DNA of 64,000 nucleotides from Schmidtea nova (taxonomy: Eukaryota): assembly GCA_044892505.1 (NCBI GenBank), contig CM097882.1:14632001-14696000 (forward strand), in the 5' to 3' direction. Made by a program: the position numbers and the translations under genes. Below are positions 1-15,137 of this stretch, in pieces; the first letter of the stretch is position 1, and each line of letters opens with the position of its first letter. The notes beneath the pieces were generated by a model. That model was not told where the DNA came from. It saw only the letters and a list, made by a program, of their open reading frames with translations, and did not search any database.

Positions 1-103
1 TATCTAACATCAGTTGGCAAAGGTTTTGACTTCAACGATGTAACTATCAGAACATCCTGAAAATGAGAATTCTATACACGAATCTATCACTTTGTGCAAT
101 ATA

Positions 104-946
104 CAGGAATACCTCGAACAGTACGGTTAATCGGTTCTGGAATTTAGCCGTACTATTTGAAACCGGACTATTCGAGGCATTCTGGCGCTAATAAATTTAC
201 GGCTTAGTACCCCTATTAAGAAATTTAAAAATCGTGATTATAATCTAGTAAACAAAAAATATTTTGTTATGTATTTTTATTTTTCTGATATTCAAGAGCA
301 AAACAAGCATATTTAACACAGTTGTACATTTGTAAAGACTTAGTGCCTTCGCTTGAATTTCCATTTGACTAATTGGAATACGTTTTTGGCTAAGGTCTTC
401 TATCCATATAGATAATAGTCGCTCCATGTTAACCATTCGAGGGCTTCTAATTCTGGTTACCACTTTTGACAAATATGACGCCGTAGCTATACCTTACGAC
501 TTGTATTGATCTTTATTTTTCACAATTTTCCGAACTGACGCCTCGTTCATTCCCCCTTCTTTTCCTACTTTAGCAAACGAAGCCCCTTCCTCATGAAGTT
601 TAATAACACTAAGCTTCTGTTCTAAAGTGATTCATTTGCGTTTTTTGGTTGTGGAGTCACTTTTACACTTTGTTCTGCCACTCATTTTATTTTTTTAAAT
701 TAAAATCTAAATATATAAAAGTCAACATACTGTACGATTAAAAATATAAAACCAACAACTTTGATCTATTATTGATCTATTGATTTTATAATAACGAATA
801 AATTCTAAAAAATTAATTAAAAAAAACTTTTTTAAATTTCGAAAATTTTATTTAATCATTTTAAAAACAATTATATTTTGAAAATTTCAAAACCGTAATA
901 TAGAGAAACCGTACTGATCGAAACCGTACTATGCGAGGTATTCCTG
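104..946 (-). mobile_element. Internally deleted Tigger/pogo (Tc1/mariner superfamily) DNA transposon
   Basis: TIRs CAGGAATACCTCG..AGTACGGTT at 104 and inverted at 946, TA on both flanks. The minus strand retains a stop-interrupted HTH-psq/CENP-B-type N-terminus (ITLEQKLSVIKLHEEG...MERLLSIWIEDLSQKRIPISQMEIQAKA). Confidence 0.9.
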
Positions 947-1075
947 TACGTTCATTATATTGTATATCATCATTACCGCTACACTGTAATAGATTGATGC
1001 AAAAATGACAGCTTTCAAAAAATAATTCAAAACTATTTATTGCATTATTAACTAGTTTTTTGTTTATACTGTTAA

Positions 1076-1617
<542 letters not shown>

Positions 1618-3748
1618 TTAAACGATCCAATAATTTTTCAATAAATTCTTACTCTTGATTTACACGTTTTCTTATTTTCACCTTTGATCTTTCTATTTCA
1701 GAAATTTCCATTTATTATAAATACTAGATCAAAAATTTTTAAAAGTACAAATTTTCGGCAGCTTTTTCAAGTAAAAACGAGCTTTGTAGAAAATTTGTTT
1801 ATTCAAAAAAAATTAATATACTCTATAAAAATAAAATTTTCTGAAATTACACGGTTTTGACTAATGATGCAAAAATTAACTGTAACTCGAGCATTACTTG
1901 CATCACTTCTAATCCATTTATCAACAGATAGTTGAATAATTAATTCGATTTTCGGTATGTGAAGATAATTAAATTAACTAATTGATTAATGAAAATAAAC
2001 ATTTTAATTAAGGTAACTAGTTTTAATTTGATTAATAAATAAAATAAGTGTTAATTTGATTTTACTGTTTAATATATATGGGAATGAGCTTAGCTTTCGA
2101 GATTTTTTTATGATTTTAAGAAAGAATTATAGGTTTTTGTTATATATTACACGAATTTTGGATAACATAAAACATATCCCACATTTCACTACAGGAGGCA
2201 CATGGTTTTTAACACGAATTCGTTTTTTACAGAATTTTTTTATTAACAAATATACACAATTATTCCTTTTTGTTTTTACCGATTTTTCCTTAGAAATTGA
2301 CACAGTCAGAACTAAATTATAGATAACATTTAAATATATTATTTGGTTTACATACACAACATACTAATGCAATTTCGAGTTGCAAAATATCAGCAATGCA
2401 AATGATGTAAATAAACATTGTTTGTGGATGTTTATTGATGAAGCTTTTAAGCACAGTAATTGTATTTGCAATTTGCTATCGTGATTAATGCAATTGTTAG
2501 GCATTTTTCAGATATCTATATTTGCGATTGTTTAATTTATGTTTCTGATCTTTGGTGAAGTTGACAGTTGAATAATGGCATTCTATTCATTAATCACTGC
2601 TTGCATCCATTAATGTACTTCCGTCATCAATTGTAACTGGTTATAATGTGTAAATGTTTCGTATTCAGTTATCAAAATTAAAGTAGTAAATGAAAATGAT
2701 CTGTTTTTCCCAGTTGGATTGTTATCCTTTAATTATTGAGAATCTATACGTGTGTCAAATCATTGTACATGAACGAATAATGCATGATTTAGTCATGAAA
2801 TTCGGTAGAACGTGCTAGTGAATGGACATTTACAATCTCCCGTCTTTTAAAAATCTATTTAAGCTGTAGAAATATAATATTTACATGATAAATTTTACAA
2901 TCTTGTCCATTAACTTATAATTACAATTTCTTTAATTTCTTTTCTAAAATTTAAAATTTTCTAAACTTAAAACATTTGAATTGAAATATTAAAAATCAAC
3001 GACATTTTACATTTTTCCATGTCACAATTACGTTGGAGCAGAACGGTTAATATAATATGGTTGAAGTAATACAAGTGATTTGTAAAATGAAAACTTTAAA
3101 TGAATTTTCATTAAAAAAATATATTTTTATTCGTTTAATTCTGCTGACTCTAATATTAAAATCTGAGCACAATACTATTTACAAAATTTTTGTTTCAAGC
3201 AATTAAGATAAATTTCTTTCTAATAAGCTAAAGTTTTAATAAACTGTTTTAATAAATTTCTATCATTTCTCCATTATTAACTTTGGTGACAATAAGAAAT
3301 TAAAACATTGCAACTTGCCATTTATATATCCTATTTTATCGCATTTAATAAATAAATATATTTTTAATACAATGTTATTTGAAATTCAAACTTTATATAA
3401 TTTTTCTAATTTTTTACCAAGTATTTCTTTCAACCGTTATACTTTGTATATTAATAAATATTTAATTTTTGAAATAAATTTCAATTTCAATAAATATTCT
3501 TACCTGTATTAAAAATTTTTTATATCGAAAATTTTTTTACGTTTTTAGTGTTTACTGTAATTTTTAATATAATAAATCAACGATTGCTGATCTGATTGTA
3601 CTTTGTATGATTAACTTAAAGTTTATTACTATGCATTATGCATAATTGTTGGAAATAGTGGCTATTTTTCTGAATATTTGAATTATATTACTATATAGAT
3701 AAATAATTTATTAAGAGTCGAAATGAAATTGTATATGTAATCTTTTAG

Positions 3749-5804
3749 TTCCTGGATACATAAGTCGTTCGGTAGCCGGTAGTTATGACAATGAGGGTAT
3801 TGCGATATTTGCATTGATGTTCACTTACTATCTGTGGATCAAAGCCGTAAAAACTGGCTCAGTTATGTGGAGCATATTTTGTGCGTTGAGTTATTTGTAT
3901 ATGGTGTCTGCTTGGGGTGGATATGTGTTCATAATCAATTTAATTCCACTGCACGTGTTCGTGTTACTATTAATGCAACGATATAGTTCCAGAATATATG
4001 TCGCATACACAACGTTCTATATACTTGGCTTGTTGTTCTCCATGCAGATTCCCTTTGTGGGATTTCAACCGATCAAAACCAGTGAACACATGGCCTCTGC
4101 TGGGGTTTTCGTTTTGTTACAGGTAAGGCGCGATAAATACCTAGATTTTGGATTTGATAACCGCTAATATTTGAATATTTCCAGGCATATGCTTTATTGC
4201 GATATCTGCAAACCAAACTCAGCCAAAACCAGTTTAGAAACTTCTTCGTTTGTGCGGTAACATTCAGTGCAGGAATCGTTTTCCTAACTGTTATCATATT
4301 GACTTATTTCGGAGTCATTGCTCCATGGAGCGGCAGATTCTACTCGCTATGGGACACTGGTTATGCCAAAATACATATTCCAATTATCGCCAGTGTTTCC
4401 GAACATCAACCCACAACTTGGGTTTCATTCTTCTTCGATCTCCATATGCTGGCTTGTGTGTTCCCAGCTGGAGTTTGGCTTTGCATTAAGCAAGTAAATG
4501 ATGAACGCGTTTTCATTATACTCTACGCAATCAGCGCTTCGTATTTCGCCGGTGTCATGGTGCGACTCATGCTTATTCTCACTCCAGTTGTCTGTGTTCT
4601 GGCCGCGGTCGTGTTCAATCGATTATTTGAAGTCTACCTAAAGGAAGATCAAATTCAATCTGCGTCATCTAACATCAATTCCGATCCAGTTGGTGCATTG
4701 AATAGCGTTGCTAACATCACCGCTACTAGCACCAGCACTGTTACTAACACTGCCACCGGCGCCATATCAACGTCGTCCACTGTCGGTACCAAAGATAAAA
4801 AGCTTTACGACAAAATCTCCAAACCGAAAAAAGGCAGCCAAATCAGCGCGAGTGGCGACAAATCAAAATCCAGCAATTCCGTATCCACTGACAACAGTTC
4901 CGATTCCACCAACACAGCCAGCGTCAGTGATGAATTCATGGGAATCAATATCAAAACCATCGCAATCCTCGTGCTAATTATCGTCATGTTTCTGTTCGTT
5001 GTCCATTGCACCTGGGTTACGTCGAACGCCTATTCGAGCCCATCGATCGTATTAGCCACTTACAATTCTGATGGATCCCGGAACATACTCGATGACTTCC
5101 GCGAAGCTTATTACTGGCTCAGTCAAAACACTCACGATGATGCTCGAATCATGTCCTGGTGGGATTACGGGTATCAGATAGCCGGGATGGGTAACCGGAC
5201 GACACTGGTCGACAACAATACCTGGAACAATTCCCACATCGCACTCGTTGGCAAGGCAATGGCATCAAACGAATCCGCAGCGTACGGAATCATGCAAGAT
5301 CTCGACGTGGATTATGTGCTCGTGATATTCGGTGGTGTGATCGGGTACTCCGGTGACGATATCAATAAGTTCCTGTGGATGGTCCGCATTGCCGAGGGGG
5401 AACACCCGAAGGATATCAAGGAGAGTGATTATTTCACCCCCAATGGCGAATATCGTGTCGATAGTGCCGCCTCACAGATCATGCTGAACTCGATGATGTA
5501 CAAGATGAGCTATTACCGATTCGGTGATTTGCAGTTGGATTTCCGCACCCCTCCAGGATTCGATAGGACGAGGAATGTGGAAATCGGCAGGAAACATTTC
5601 ACACTCGACCACATCGAGGAAGCCTACACGACAGAGCACTGGTTGGTGAGGATCTACAAGGTCAAGAAACCTTCCAATCGATTAGGACTCGATAAGAACC
5701 GCAAACGGATCCCGGTGTATAATTCCCGGAAAACTGTCAGCAACAAGCTCGGAGTGATCAAATCCAAGCCCCAAGTTACAAAGGGCAAATCGATAAAGAT
5801 ATAA
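3749..5804 (+). CDS. STT3B: Oligosaccharyltransferase catalytic subunit STT3, STT3B-like; 5'-partial; exons 3749-4122 and 4185-5804
   Basis: Acceptor TTTTAG at 3748, then (V)[16 protein letters not shown] 62-nt GT-AG intron (4123-4184) joins LLQ|AYALL in frame. Motifs SEHQP, WWDYG, DNNTWN and [11 protein letters not shown] are present; the [11 protein letters not shown] segment resembles the B paralog. Confidence 0.95.
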
Positions 5805-7363
5805 AGCAAAATCCGGATTCGAATTACGCGCGTTTTTGAGAGTGTGTGTTTGTGTTGTAATATCCAATCAAAATAATAAATTTTATTTATCGATTCATTG
5901 CAGGTGTAAATTTGTTTGTTCTTTTTTGTTTTTTTGAATCCGAATATCAAATTCGATAAATTCCGTTTTTTTATTCTATATTTATATTATATTATTATAA
6001 TATTGATCATTTTATTATCGTCATCGTCGTCACATGCTATCCACCGGCAGTATTGATTGGTTATTTCATGTCCTTTTCCAACGATTAGTAGTGATAAATG
6101 GATTTTTATTGTGCATTTTTGTGTACACGAATTTCTTCAATGTGTGTGCGCTTCTACTTCTCTTATTATTATTTGTTCGTTTATTATTGGATAGTTGTGA
6201 GCTTGTTTTTTATTGGTTGAATACAGCTACATTACATTCATGCTGCTATGAATTTAGGATTTAATTTTAACATCTTTATTATGATAATAAATGTTTGGAA
6301 TTGTTTCATTGGGTTTTGTTTATATGATGTCTTAATTTGTTTTTTGGCTCGCATCTACTGATGAGTTTGTATTTTTATGTAACTTCGTTGAAAGTCATTT
6401 ATATACTCCATCTCCTTGAGTACAAATTATGTTTATCAGTAAAAACGTATAATAATTGAACGCAAATATCAACTTTTGAATGTCTTTGTTATTTAAAAAT
6501 CTTTAGTATAAATCAACTAAATATTAAGCCGCACAAAATTTACAAAACCTATAGATTTCAAGTGGCTTAGAAAGTTTCCAGATTCGGTATTTAATTGTTA
6601 GCATGTAGCGTATACCATAAACAACTATTTGATGCCCAGAAAGGTTTTTGCCATTTTTTAAATAATAATTTTGTATAGTAAACGGATGCCGGAAAAAAAG
6701 TCACAAATGTTATGGGGTATTCACTCATGTAAATCTGCTCACTTTTTATCATTCATTCATAATTTTTAATATTTTAAATAATAGAATAAAATAAATATAT
6801 AATTATAAAATTCTGGCATTATATTAAGCATAATGTTATATAAAATTATTGAAAATCAGAAAGGAAATAAGAAGTTATGTTTAGATGGTTATATGTATGT
6901 AACAGGAAAGCAGCTGTTTTTCATTTGAAATATTATTTAACATTTTTTAATACTTTTTTATGGTTTTGCTTAACTTAAATATTCATTAAATGAATTTATA
7001 ATTGTGACATCTAAATTGTTTTTGGTTTTTTTTTCATGACTTTTTTTCCGTGGCTTTTTTCATCTGAATTATAAAATACATTTGGTTATTCACCAAGTAA
7101 AGTTAACATATTTTATTGTCAAACAAATTATTCGTACTTGTTTATTATATGAGTTCATACTTGATTCTAATGCATTGTTGACCATTTCCAAAGTACATGA
7201 TAAACTTAAAATAAATTTTGAACTAATTAGCTGACAGGACTTATAAATTTGACTGAACGGAACCATCTTCAATGCAGTGACTGTCTTGTGTCAAAATTAA
7301 ATAAAACAGATAAAACCACTTATGCAAAATTCAATTATCTCTTTAGCCTCGATGTGGTATCTC

Positions 7364-7535
7364 CAGTCCTGGATTTACCTTTAGGCTGACAAAGTTGAAG
7401 CCTAGGAACCCGTCTGACGGGGCCCCAAATTTTATTTTATTTTTATAAAAATTTATTAAATCTTTTAATTATTTTCAGATTATTATATTTATGTAATATA
7501 CCGTATATACTCGCGTATAAGCCGAGTATATACTA

Positions 7536-7589
<54 letters not shown>

Positions 7590-8010
7590 TTCTTAGTGAA
7601 TTGTATAATTCAAAATAAATTAAATATTACCCAAAATTTCATTTTTAATATATCCTCTTATATGCGGGTCGGATTATACGCGAGTATATACGGTATTTAA
7701 TATACGATATTTAATTATATTACATATTATATTTAATGTAATACTTTTCTAAAGTAAAGACTTCACGAAAGCACAATATTTTTTTAATTTTTATTTTTAA
7801 AAAAAATGTTGGCTTTGATTTTCTTCAACCGTTTTAAACGTTCATGTTTAAATTTTTTATATGTGAATAAATATAATATTATTTTCGAAATTAAATTATT
7901 ATTTTAACTAAAATAGCAGGAAGCAAATTAATCTTTTGGTTTAAAAAAATTATAAAAGGGCCGCATAAGATTTTTAGCCTAGGGCCCCCTCAAGAGTAAA
8001 TCTGACTCTG
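7364..8010. mobile_element. Non-autonomous hAT element (MITE)
   Basis: Imperfect TIRs CAGTCCTGGATTTAC / GTAAATCTGACTCTG, 8-bp TSD GGTATCTC / GGTATCCC, subterminal AGCCTAGG and GGGCCCC motifs. Confidence 0.75.
7501..7693. mobile_element. pogo/Tc2-type MITE nested in the hAT MITE, containing a (TA)n tract
   Basis: TA-CCGTATATACTCGCGTATAA...TTATACGCGAGTATATACGG-TA; (TA)n at about 7537-7587. Confidence 0.85.
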
Positions 8011-8089
8011 GGTATCCCTATACACTTCTATCCCCCCTAAATATGCTAGAGATTGTTTAGAAAGAAAAAAAAGAGAATGTAAACTTATA

Positions 8090-9180
8090 ATAAATGAAAT
8101 TCAAACAGAATACATCATTGAACTTCTCACTGTGATTCTCGGATACACCTACCAACAAGTAAGAGGTCTACCAATGGGCTCTAGTATATCAGCCATACTA
8201 GCGATTATATTCATGGATTATCTCGAACAATAAACATTGATAACCATAAAAACCATTGGTATATACGCATGATATGTAAATGATATCTTTATCACGACAA
8301 ATAGCAAAAAAAAGAAGTGTAAGAAATATTTCATATTTTCAATGCGGCACACAATGACATTAAATTTGAGATTGAATACCCAAAAGAAGACGGATCACTC
8401 GAACTATTAGATCTGAGAATAAAAATAAATTCAGAAACACCAACATACGGGTTCCACAGAAAGTAAGCCCACAAAGATATATTTATACACAAAGGATCAA
8501 CATTTCCTCATCTACGGAAGGTAAATGTCATAAGGAATGAGAGACAAGGGATAGCTAATCGATGCACAAAAGAAAATGACATTTCAGCACAGCAAACACT
8601 ATTTACTGAAGTCCTGCATCGTAATGGATATCAAAATAGTAACAAGATTAACAAAATAAAATGCAACCCGAGAAGACAGAAAGATCTACCAAAGGAAAAA
8701 AATATTTTTACCTTCGAATTCCTTTTATCAATGACTGTATGGACTTTATGATCATCAAAGAACTTAATTTTACTGGTCTTCAAACAAGTTTGGCAAATAG
8801 ATCTAAGACATTGAGACAGACCATAGCCAACAACCCGAGAAAAGAAAATATCTGTAGATGGAAAACTGCCAAACATCAAAGAAAATATGTTTCCACAAGA
8901 ACATTGTCTATAGCATCATGTGTAATAAATATGAATAAATTTATATCGAAAGCACCCTTCGGACTTTGCATCAGAGAATTAAAAAACAATCTTGATTCTG
9001 ATGGAAAGTCATCGGATATAGATATCTTCATCAATGTCAGACAGAAAAAAAAGAAAATCTAGTATCAGTGAGAATATTGACAAGCGAAAACGACGAAAAA
9101 AATCTCAGACTGAAAGAAGCTATTCTCATTAGAGACAAATATCCATAAATTAACTTTAAAGAGGAAGTTAGCGAAATCAC
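8090..9180 (+). pseudogene. Decayed Penelope-like retroelement (RT thumb plus GIY-YIG region)
   Basis: Across stops and frameshifts: GLPMGSSISAILAIIFMDYLEQ, YVNDIF (degenerate YVDD), HNDIKFEIEYPKEDGSLELLDLRI, YLRIPFI and LRLKEAILIRDKYP-INFKEE. Confidence 0.85.
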
Positions 9181-9539
9181 CCACTTACAACCTTGTTAGA
9201 AAACATGTTGTCCTACAAAGAAGAAAGAGACAAAAGGAAAAAAGGGGAGCAAAAGAGAAAGTACAGAAAATAAATGGCCATTTCTAAGAGATATAATTAA
9301 ATTAATTTTAAAAAATTCAAATATAAATGGTTAGAAATTGGAATGTAGGATACAGACAATGAAAGGGTAAAAAAGTTTAAATTTTAGAAAGGATGAAAAG
9401 TTTTTAAATTTTTTTTTGATTTGAAATCGAATATGTCCCCGGGCACCAAGGTACAGGACGCCAAAATGAGGCTTACAACGTTACATTATAATAAGTCAAC
9501 AAGGGTAATAAATCGGTCACAAGATCGCTGCAATCAATC

Positions 9540-10145
9540 ATTGCAGCCAGCCGAGATACGGATTCTGCGTACAACTGGTTCCGCCTGCACATGACTTGTT
9601 GAGCGTTGATAAAAAGCAGCATATGTGAGGCACTTCAACAAGAAATGTCAACACGTTTTTTACGACTAAAAGACCTGAACACAAAATTTGGGTTTCTGCT
9701 GGATGTTAAGACTCTTCTATCCGACATAGATGTCGATGCAATTCGTCGAAATTGCACAGATTTTGAAAATTTCGACGACACGGACATCAATGGCCACGAA
9801 CTTTTCACAGAAATTGGAGATCGCAGAATGCTGCTCAGTAACCGGAATGAAGTTCTACTAGAAACTCCTTTAGATCTTCTTGGTTTTATGGAAACGACAT
9901 ATTTCCGAATCTGCGAATTTCACTTCAAATTTTATTAACAATAGCAGTTTCAATTGCAAGCTGTGAGCGGTCGTTCAGCAAATTGAAACTTATTTTGTCG
10001 CATTTGCGTGCGTCAATGGAACAGGATCGTCTCGGCGATCTTGCTCTTCTTAGCGTTGAAAGAGAAACATTGGAAAAAACAGATTTTGATTGCGCAATTG
10101 ACCAGTTTGAGACAGTGAAATCAAGAAAAATAAATCTTTTGTAGA
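9540..10145 (+). pseudogene. hAT transposase C-terminal dimerization-domain remnant
   Basis: IAVSIASCERSFSKLKLILSHLRASMEQDRLGDLALLSVERE...KSRKINL at about 9940-10140. No clear TIR pair found. Confidence 0.8.
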
Positions 10146-10546
10146 CTATGTAAACCAGTCTATGACAGTGAATGAGTGGGTCATGTACTATAATTTCTAT
10201 AAATTTGCTTCTTTAAATACAATGTTTTATTAAAATTTAAATTGTTTTCCTTATTAATTGTAATAGAAAAATGTGATGAGAGAATTGCTGTTTATTGACC
10301 GGAAATCTAGCGTTTCGTCTTCAAATGTATATTAAAATTCAAAAATGGTGCATGTAGTCCTCAGGCCTTATATTTAGCAACCAACTTTGAGTGTAATTAA
10401 TAAAAATAAAACATCTCAGTAAAATAGTCAATACATAAAATCAATTTATTTAAATAAACATCGTCTTATTCATCATACTATTGGTCAACTCAATAAATGC
10501 AAGCATCCAATCAGAATTAGAATGCAAAAATCATTAATATAACTGA

Positions 10547-12024
10547 TCAGGATTGCTGTTGGCCAGCTGTCTGATTTGATTGAATTGCGGTGGATTGCCC
10601 AAAAATCGATGGAACAACGCTCTCAATCTAATAAAAACAATAATAGAAAACAATTCATAGGCGAGAAAACTAAACCGGTTTCCAAATCTGAATGATATTA
10701 TCATTGGCCGTGCTACCGATAACATTCCTCACATCGGGATGCCAACTGAAATCGGTAATTGCAGCGGAATGGCCGCCATGGACAAACTGCAGTTCCGGTG
10801 GATCTTCAACTGCAGCTGCGGCTTGCAACCTCTCACTGTCATGGACAACATCAATATCCCACAAACAAATCGTCCTCGACGCTGCACTGCAAGCCAATAC
10901 ATTCGATGCATGAGGTGACCAACGGATATTCCCCATTGATTCGTTGTTGTTTTGATTGGACAATGAGTGCAATTTCACCGAGAGATTCCTCAAGTCCCAC
11001 AACGCAACAGTTCCATCATCACTCGACGTAGCAAACACAAATTGAGAAAACGGTGATCCAGCAATCGATGTAACAGTTGATTTGTGAGCGATTATTGAAT
11101 GACTCGCTCGTGATCGATTGCGGCTGCGAATATCCCAAATTCCAATTGAACAGTCAGTGGAGGAGGAAAGGAAAACTGTCGGTATTGTTGGCCACCAAGA
11201 TACGTCGGTAATGGTTCCAGTGTGACCGTTGAATAATCGATTAACGTTCTGATAATTATTATCCGATGTTCCATTGCCTGCGGACAGTAAATCCCACATT
11301 GCGATGGATTTGCCATCTCCAGCTCCCAAAAGGCACCCGGTTTCAGTGAGATTCCATGAAAGAATACCATTTACAGTTGAAAATCCATTCAATTTAAACA
11401 ACGGCTTGGTGAATGTATCGGGAATCGTGGCGAATTCTTCGGCTTCCTCATCGGTAATTCCATACGATCGGTTTTCTGTGTCATAGATATTGATGGAATT
11501 GCTCGATGTTGTGGCAATTATTTGTGATTTCTGGGGCATATGTCGAGCTTTTGTTATAGCATTTTGATGGATTATTCGTTTCTGTAATTCGATCTTTCCC
11601 ATTCCCGATTTAAATGTTCCAAATGCTGAAAAAGGGAGAGAAAAAATACAATAATAAATTGTCCAAACTGTTTATGAATACTTACGAGTGTCAGTATCGA
11701 TATCATCTTCACTTGGTAAATATACATCAGCTAATAAAACATGATTTCTATCGGAATCAGTTGTTGAGCCAAGTAATAAACGAGATTTAACAACTGTTCC
11801 GTTTCTGATAGTGCTCGGCAGCCACTCGAATGTGAAACTAGGCCAGTGCAACGCATGTGTCATTACCATGTCGTATAAAAATGAGACACATTTTTTCCAG
11901 TTTTTGTAATCATCATTTAAAATTCTTTCCTCTGATTCATCTACATATTCTTTTGGGTTTGATATAATAAAAATATTGAAAAATAAATAAATATATATTT
12001 TTAAATATTACCTTTGCTCAACAT
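10547..12024 (-). CDS. Divergent RBBP4/RBBP7 (RbAp48/MSI1/HAT2)-like WD40 histone chaperone; predicted exons 12024-12012, 11949-11686, 11625-10676, 10627-10547
   Basis: Spliced N-terminus [49 protein letters not shown], WD repeats, and EDPPELQFVHGGHSAAITDFSWHP near the end. GT-AG introns of 62, 60 and 48 nt keep the frame. The last exon is less certain (alternative stop at 10670). Confidence 0.88.
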
Positions 12025-13199
12025 TTTTATATGAATATTAAAACAAAGAATTTTTTTGCTCTTTTTATTTCATTAACATTTAAATTTGGCAATCTTTGAT
12101 TTTTTTATTCAGTTTCAGTTTCGGATATATTTAAGTTATAAATAAATGTGTTTTTATCAAGATAGAAAATTAAAAAAACATTTATAATCAATTATTTCTA
12201 TTTAATAAGGTTAATATAGAAAAAAATTAATTGAATTCATTTAAAATTAAGTTTTAATAAAATAAACAATAATTATTAAAATTTTAATTGAAAACTAAAA
12301 ATTGTTTTATTGTCACGAAAACCCTATACTAAAACAGTTGCAAGAAGTTTACTTGAATTCTCACACAAGACGCGGAATGAAACCCTAATAAAAGCGAAAA
12401 AAATAAATATATTAATTAATTAAACAAAATATCAAAATTGAATAAAACAGAAATGACGAGAAGTATTGAATGAAATTGATATAAAAAGAAAATAAAAACA
12501 ATAATATAATATACACAGCAGTCATAAAGCACGAAAAATAAACTAAGTATTAAAAATAATTTTAGAATAATATTATAAATGTAAAAATCTAAAATAAAGG
12601 TTTGGCTGGTAGAAGCGAAAATAAATTTTGTATAAGAGTTGAATTCAAAACTCACTACAAAACATAATAGAACTAAGCAGCTGGTGGGTTATTGGGAACA
12701 CGTGAAAATTAATAACCGTGGCTTTCATCCAATATCCTCGTATATAAACATTGACAAAACTAAATTGTGGCCAATCACAGTGTAACGTTGGAACTGCAAC
12801 AAATGGATGGACATTAGAAAAACTGATTGTCGAGGGCCAGCTTAAGGGTAACCGATGGAAGGTACTATTAAGGTTCCGAGAATCTCAACTTGATGGTCTG
12901 CAAATATATTAAAGCACAAGATCTGTTTATTAAGTTTTATTTATTTATCACAATATATTAAAAGCTGATAAAAATTACTTTTTCAAAAAATGAAACTTTT
13001 TACAATATATACATAAATTAAATATAAGAATTAAAACAAAAAATACAATAAATATAATTAAACATAGAAAATGGTTTAAACGATAAACAAACAACAAATA
13101 TTGATAGATAAACATCAACCTTTACATTTATAAGGTCAGGAATGCTAGGAATAAGGATAACCCTGAAAATAGTAACTGATGTCTGTTATTTAAAAAAAA

Positions 13200-13580
13200 G
13201 AAATTTGTTGATCAAACACAAATATTGTTGACAAATGATAAACGTTGCCACTCAGAATAAAGAACAACAAAAAATAGTATTTAAACCAACGTTTTCCTCA
13301 GTTAAATCACCTTTAAAATCTTGTAATCTAAGGAGAGTTACAATTTCGGTAGATGACAGTTGTAACGTAAATTAGAGCATACAAAATTTACATATTTTAG
13401 CTCAGGAGACTGCATTAACTTACAAAACACCTATAAACACGAGTATATATATTTCTTGGCGTAGTAAGCCAATTATGTCTCCTTCTAAATTAATCAAAAA
13501 TACAAATGGACAAGATTAATTATTTATTATTAAACAAACTTTCTTTCTTGATTATTAAAACAACAACAATTTATATAACT
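13200..13580 (-). mobile_element. Gypsy family 2: 5' LTR (13471-13580), PBS and decayed gag start
   Basis: 13471-13580 is a slightly diverged reverse complement of the 110-bp LTR at 21637-21746. It is followed on the minus strand by TGGC...ACGCC, similar to the PBS of the 47788 element, and by a decayed ORF (LLRLQDFKGDLTEENVG). Confidence 0.75.
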
Positions 13581-14967
13581 AATATGAAGATTATTAAAAA
13601 ATTTTCGAAAGATTTTAATTCTTACCAAGTTGATATATTGTATATATTAGGTGTACTATAATTTTAATAAAAGGCCATTTTAGGTTGTAACACCTCGTAG
13701 ATAGTTTTCACTAATTAAACTAAATATCCCTATATGTTTTCATTATACAAAAAATGAAACATGTGTAACAATCAGTTAAATAGGATCTTATTGAATGAAA
13801 TATCAGGTTTTATAAATAGTATAACCACTATAGATTTAACAAATTTTTTCTAAGAGAAATAGTTAAGGGCATAGGATGTTATTGTTTGCAAGTAAGATAA
13901 TTAAGGTTTTAGGATGTTATCATCTTCAAGCAAGATATATAGTACTATAGGATGTTAAGAGCTGCAAATTGATGAATTATATGTATTTTCTAAGTGAAAT
14001 GGTAGATTCTCAGTGTGGTAATTTGAATATAAAAAATGTTGTTGGATGAGATGAGTAGCGTAATGATGGATATGAACGAGTGAATTCTGTATGGATTTTC
14101 TGGATGTGACTAGCTGTATGTGGATGTTAATGACTGAAATGATATAATTTACATGAAATTATCGATGAATGAAATTTTGTGTATATTATTAGATATGGGT
14201 GGTTGTTAATGAATGGTTTTGGTGTATTGTTCTGCAAATATGATTGTGTTGGGCAAAAACTGCAAATTGTTTTAATAAAGCAATAACCTCATAAGTAGAG
14301 AGCGTGCAAGATTCAGTTTTAACCCAAACATCCATTAAAAATCCAAGCGATTAAGTGGAAAACACCAAAAAGGTGAAGTGGACTCAAGCACATCAACCAG
14401 TAGAGAACGCGCTAGCTGTGAGTCTGAAAGTCCTTACACTGAAACCTCGAGGAAAATTGAAAGATTTCAAGAGAAGAACGTTTAAAAGTTAGAATAGGCG
14501 GATAACCCATTGAAAATACCCATAAAAACGGAATTGTGTTATAAAACCTCAGTGCAGAAAAAGTTTAACAAAATCTTAGCCGAAAATTGTGATTTTATCA
14601 CAAAATTTCACGTTTAACAATAAAAAGAACTAATATTGATCGAAAAATCATAAATTAAATCAAATCGAACAAATTTTGATTCAAAAATAAAAATTTTTAA
14701 TTAAAGTAAACTATTTGTGGTTTATAAAAAATTATTACACAAAAATATGGATTTAATTTTCGGAAAATGATTAGAATTAATTTAGAAAAATTAAAAAGAA
14801 CATTCTAGAACAAATTGTTTTACTGCACTGGTGAAGGTAACGCAAAATCGATTATATATATACCGCCATCAAAATGGCAATAAACAGAATTTGTGAAAAA
14901 TTTATTTTGCTCAGAATTTGTGAGAAAATTTTATTTAAAACTTTATTTCTTTTTGGTCGCCGAAGAG

Positions 14968-15110
14968 TCATTTCAGAAGACAGAATTTAATCATTTCAGA
15001 AGGCAGAACTTAATCGTTACAGAAGACAGAATTTAAACATTACAAAAGACAGAATTTGATCATTACAGAAGGCAGAATTTAATCAATTCAGAAGGCAAAA
15101 TTTAAGAATT
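14968..15110. repeat. Degenerate tandem repeat, unit about 24 bp (TCATTTCAGAAGACAGAATTTAA)
   Basis: About six diverged consecutive copies are visible. Confidence 0.8.
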
Positions 15111-15137
15111 TCACTAAAGAAAATACCATTTGGTCCC

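Noticed and set aside
4250-5950. Short overlapping or antisense ORFs across STT3B (and likewise across the RBBP4-like gene)
   Set aside because: They are shadow frames of GC-richer coding sequence with no motifs.
6676-7065. Possible MULE-type MITE with GACTTTTTTTCC subterminal repeats
   Set aside because: The inverted match is short and imperfect and no TSD was identified.
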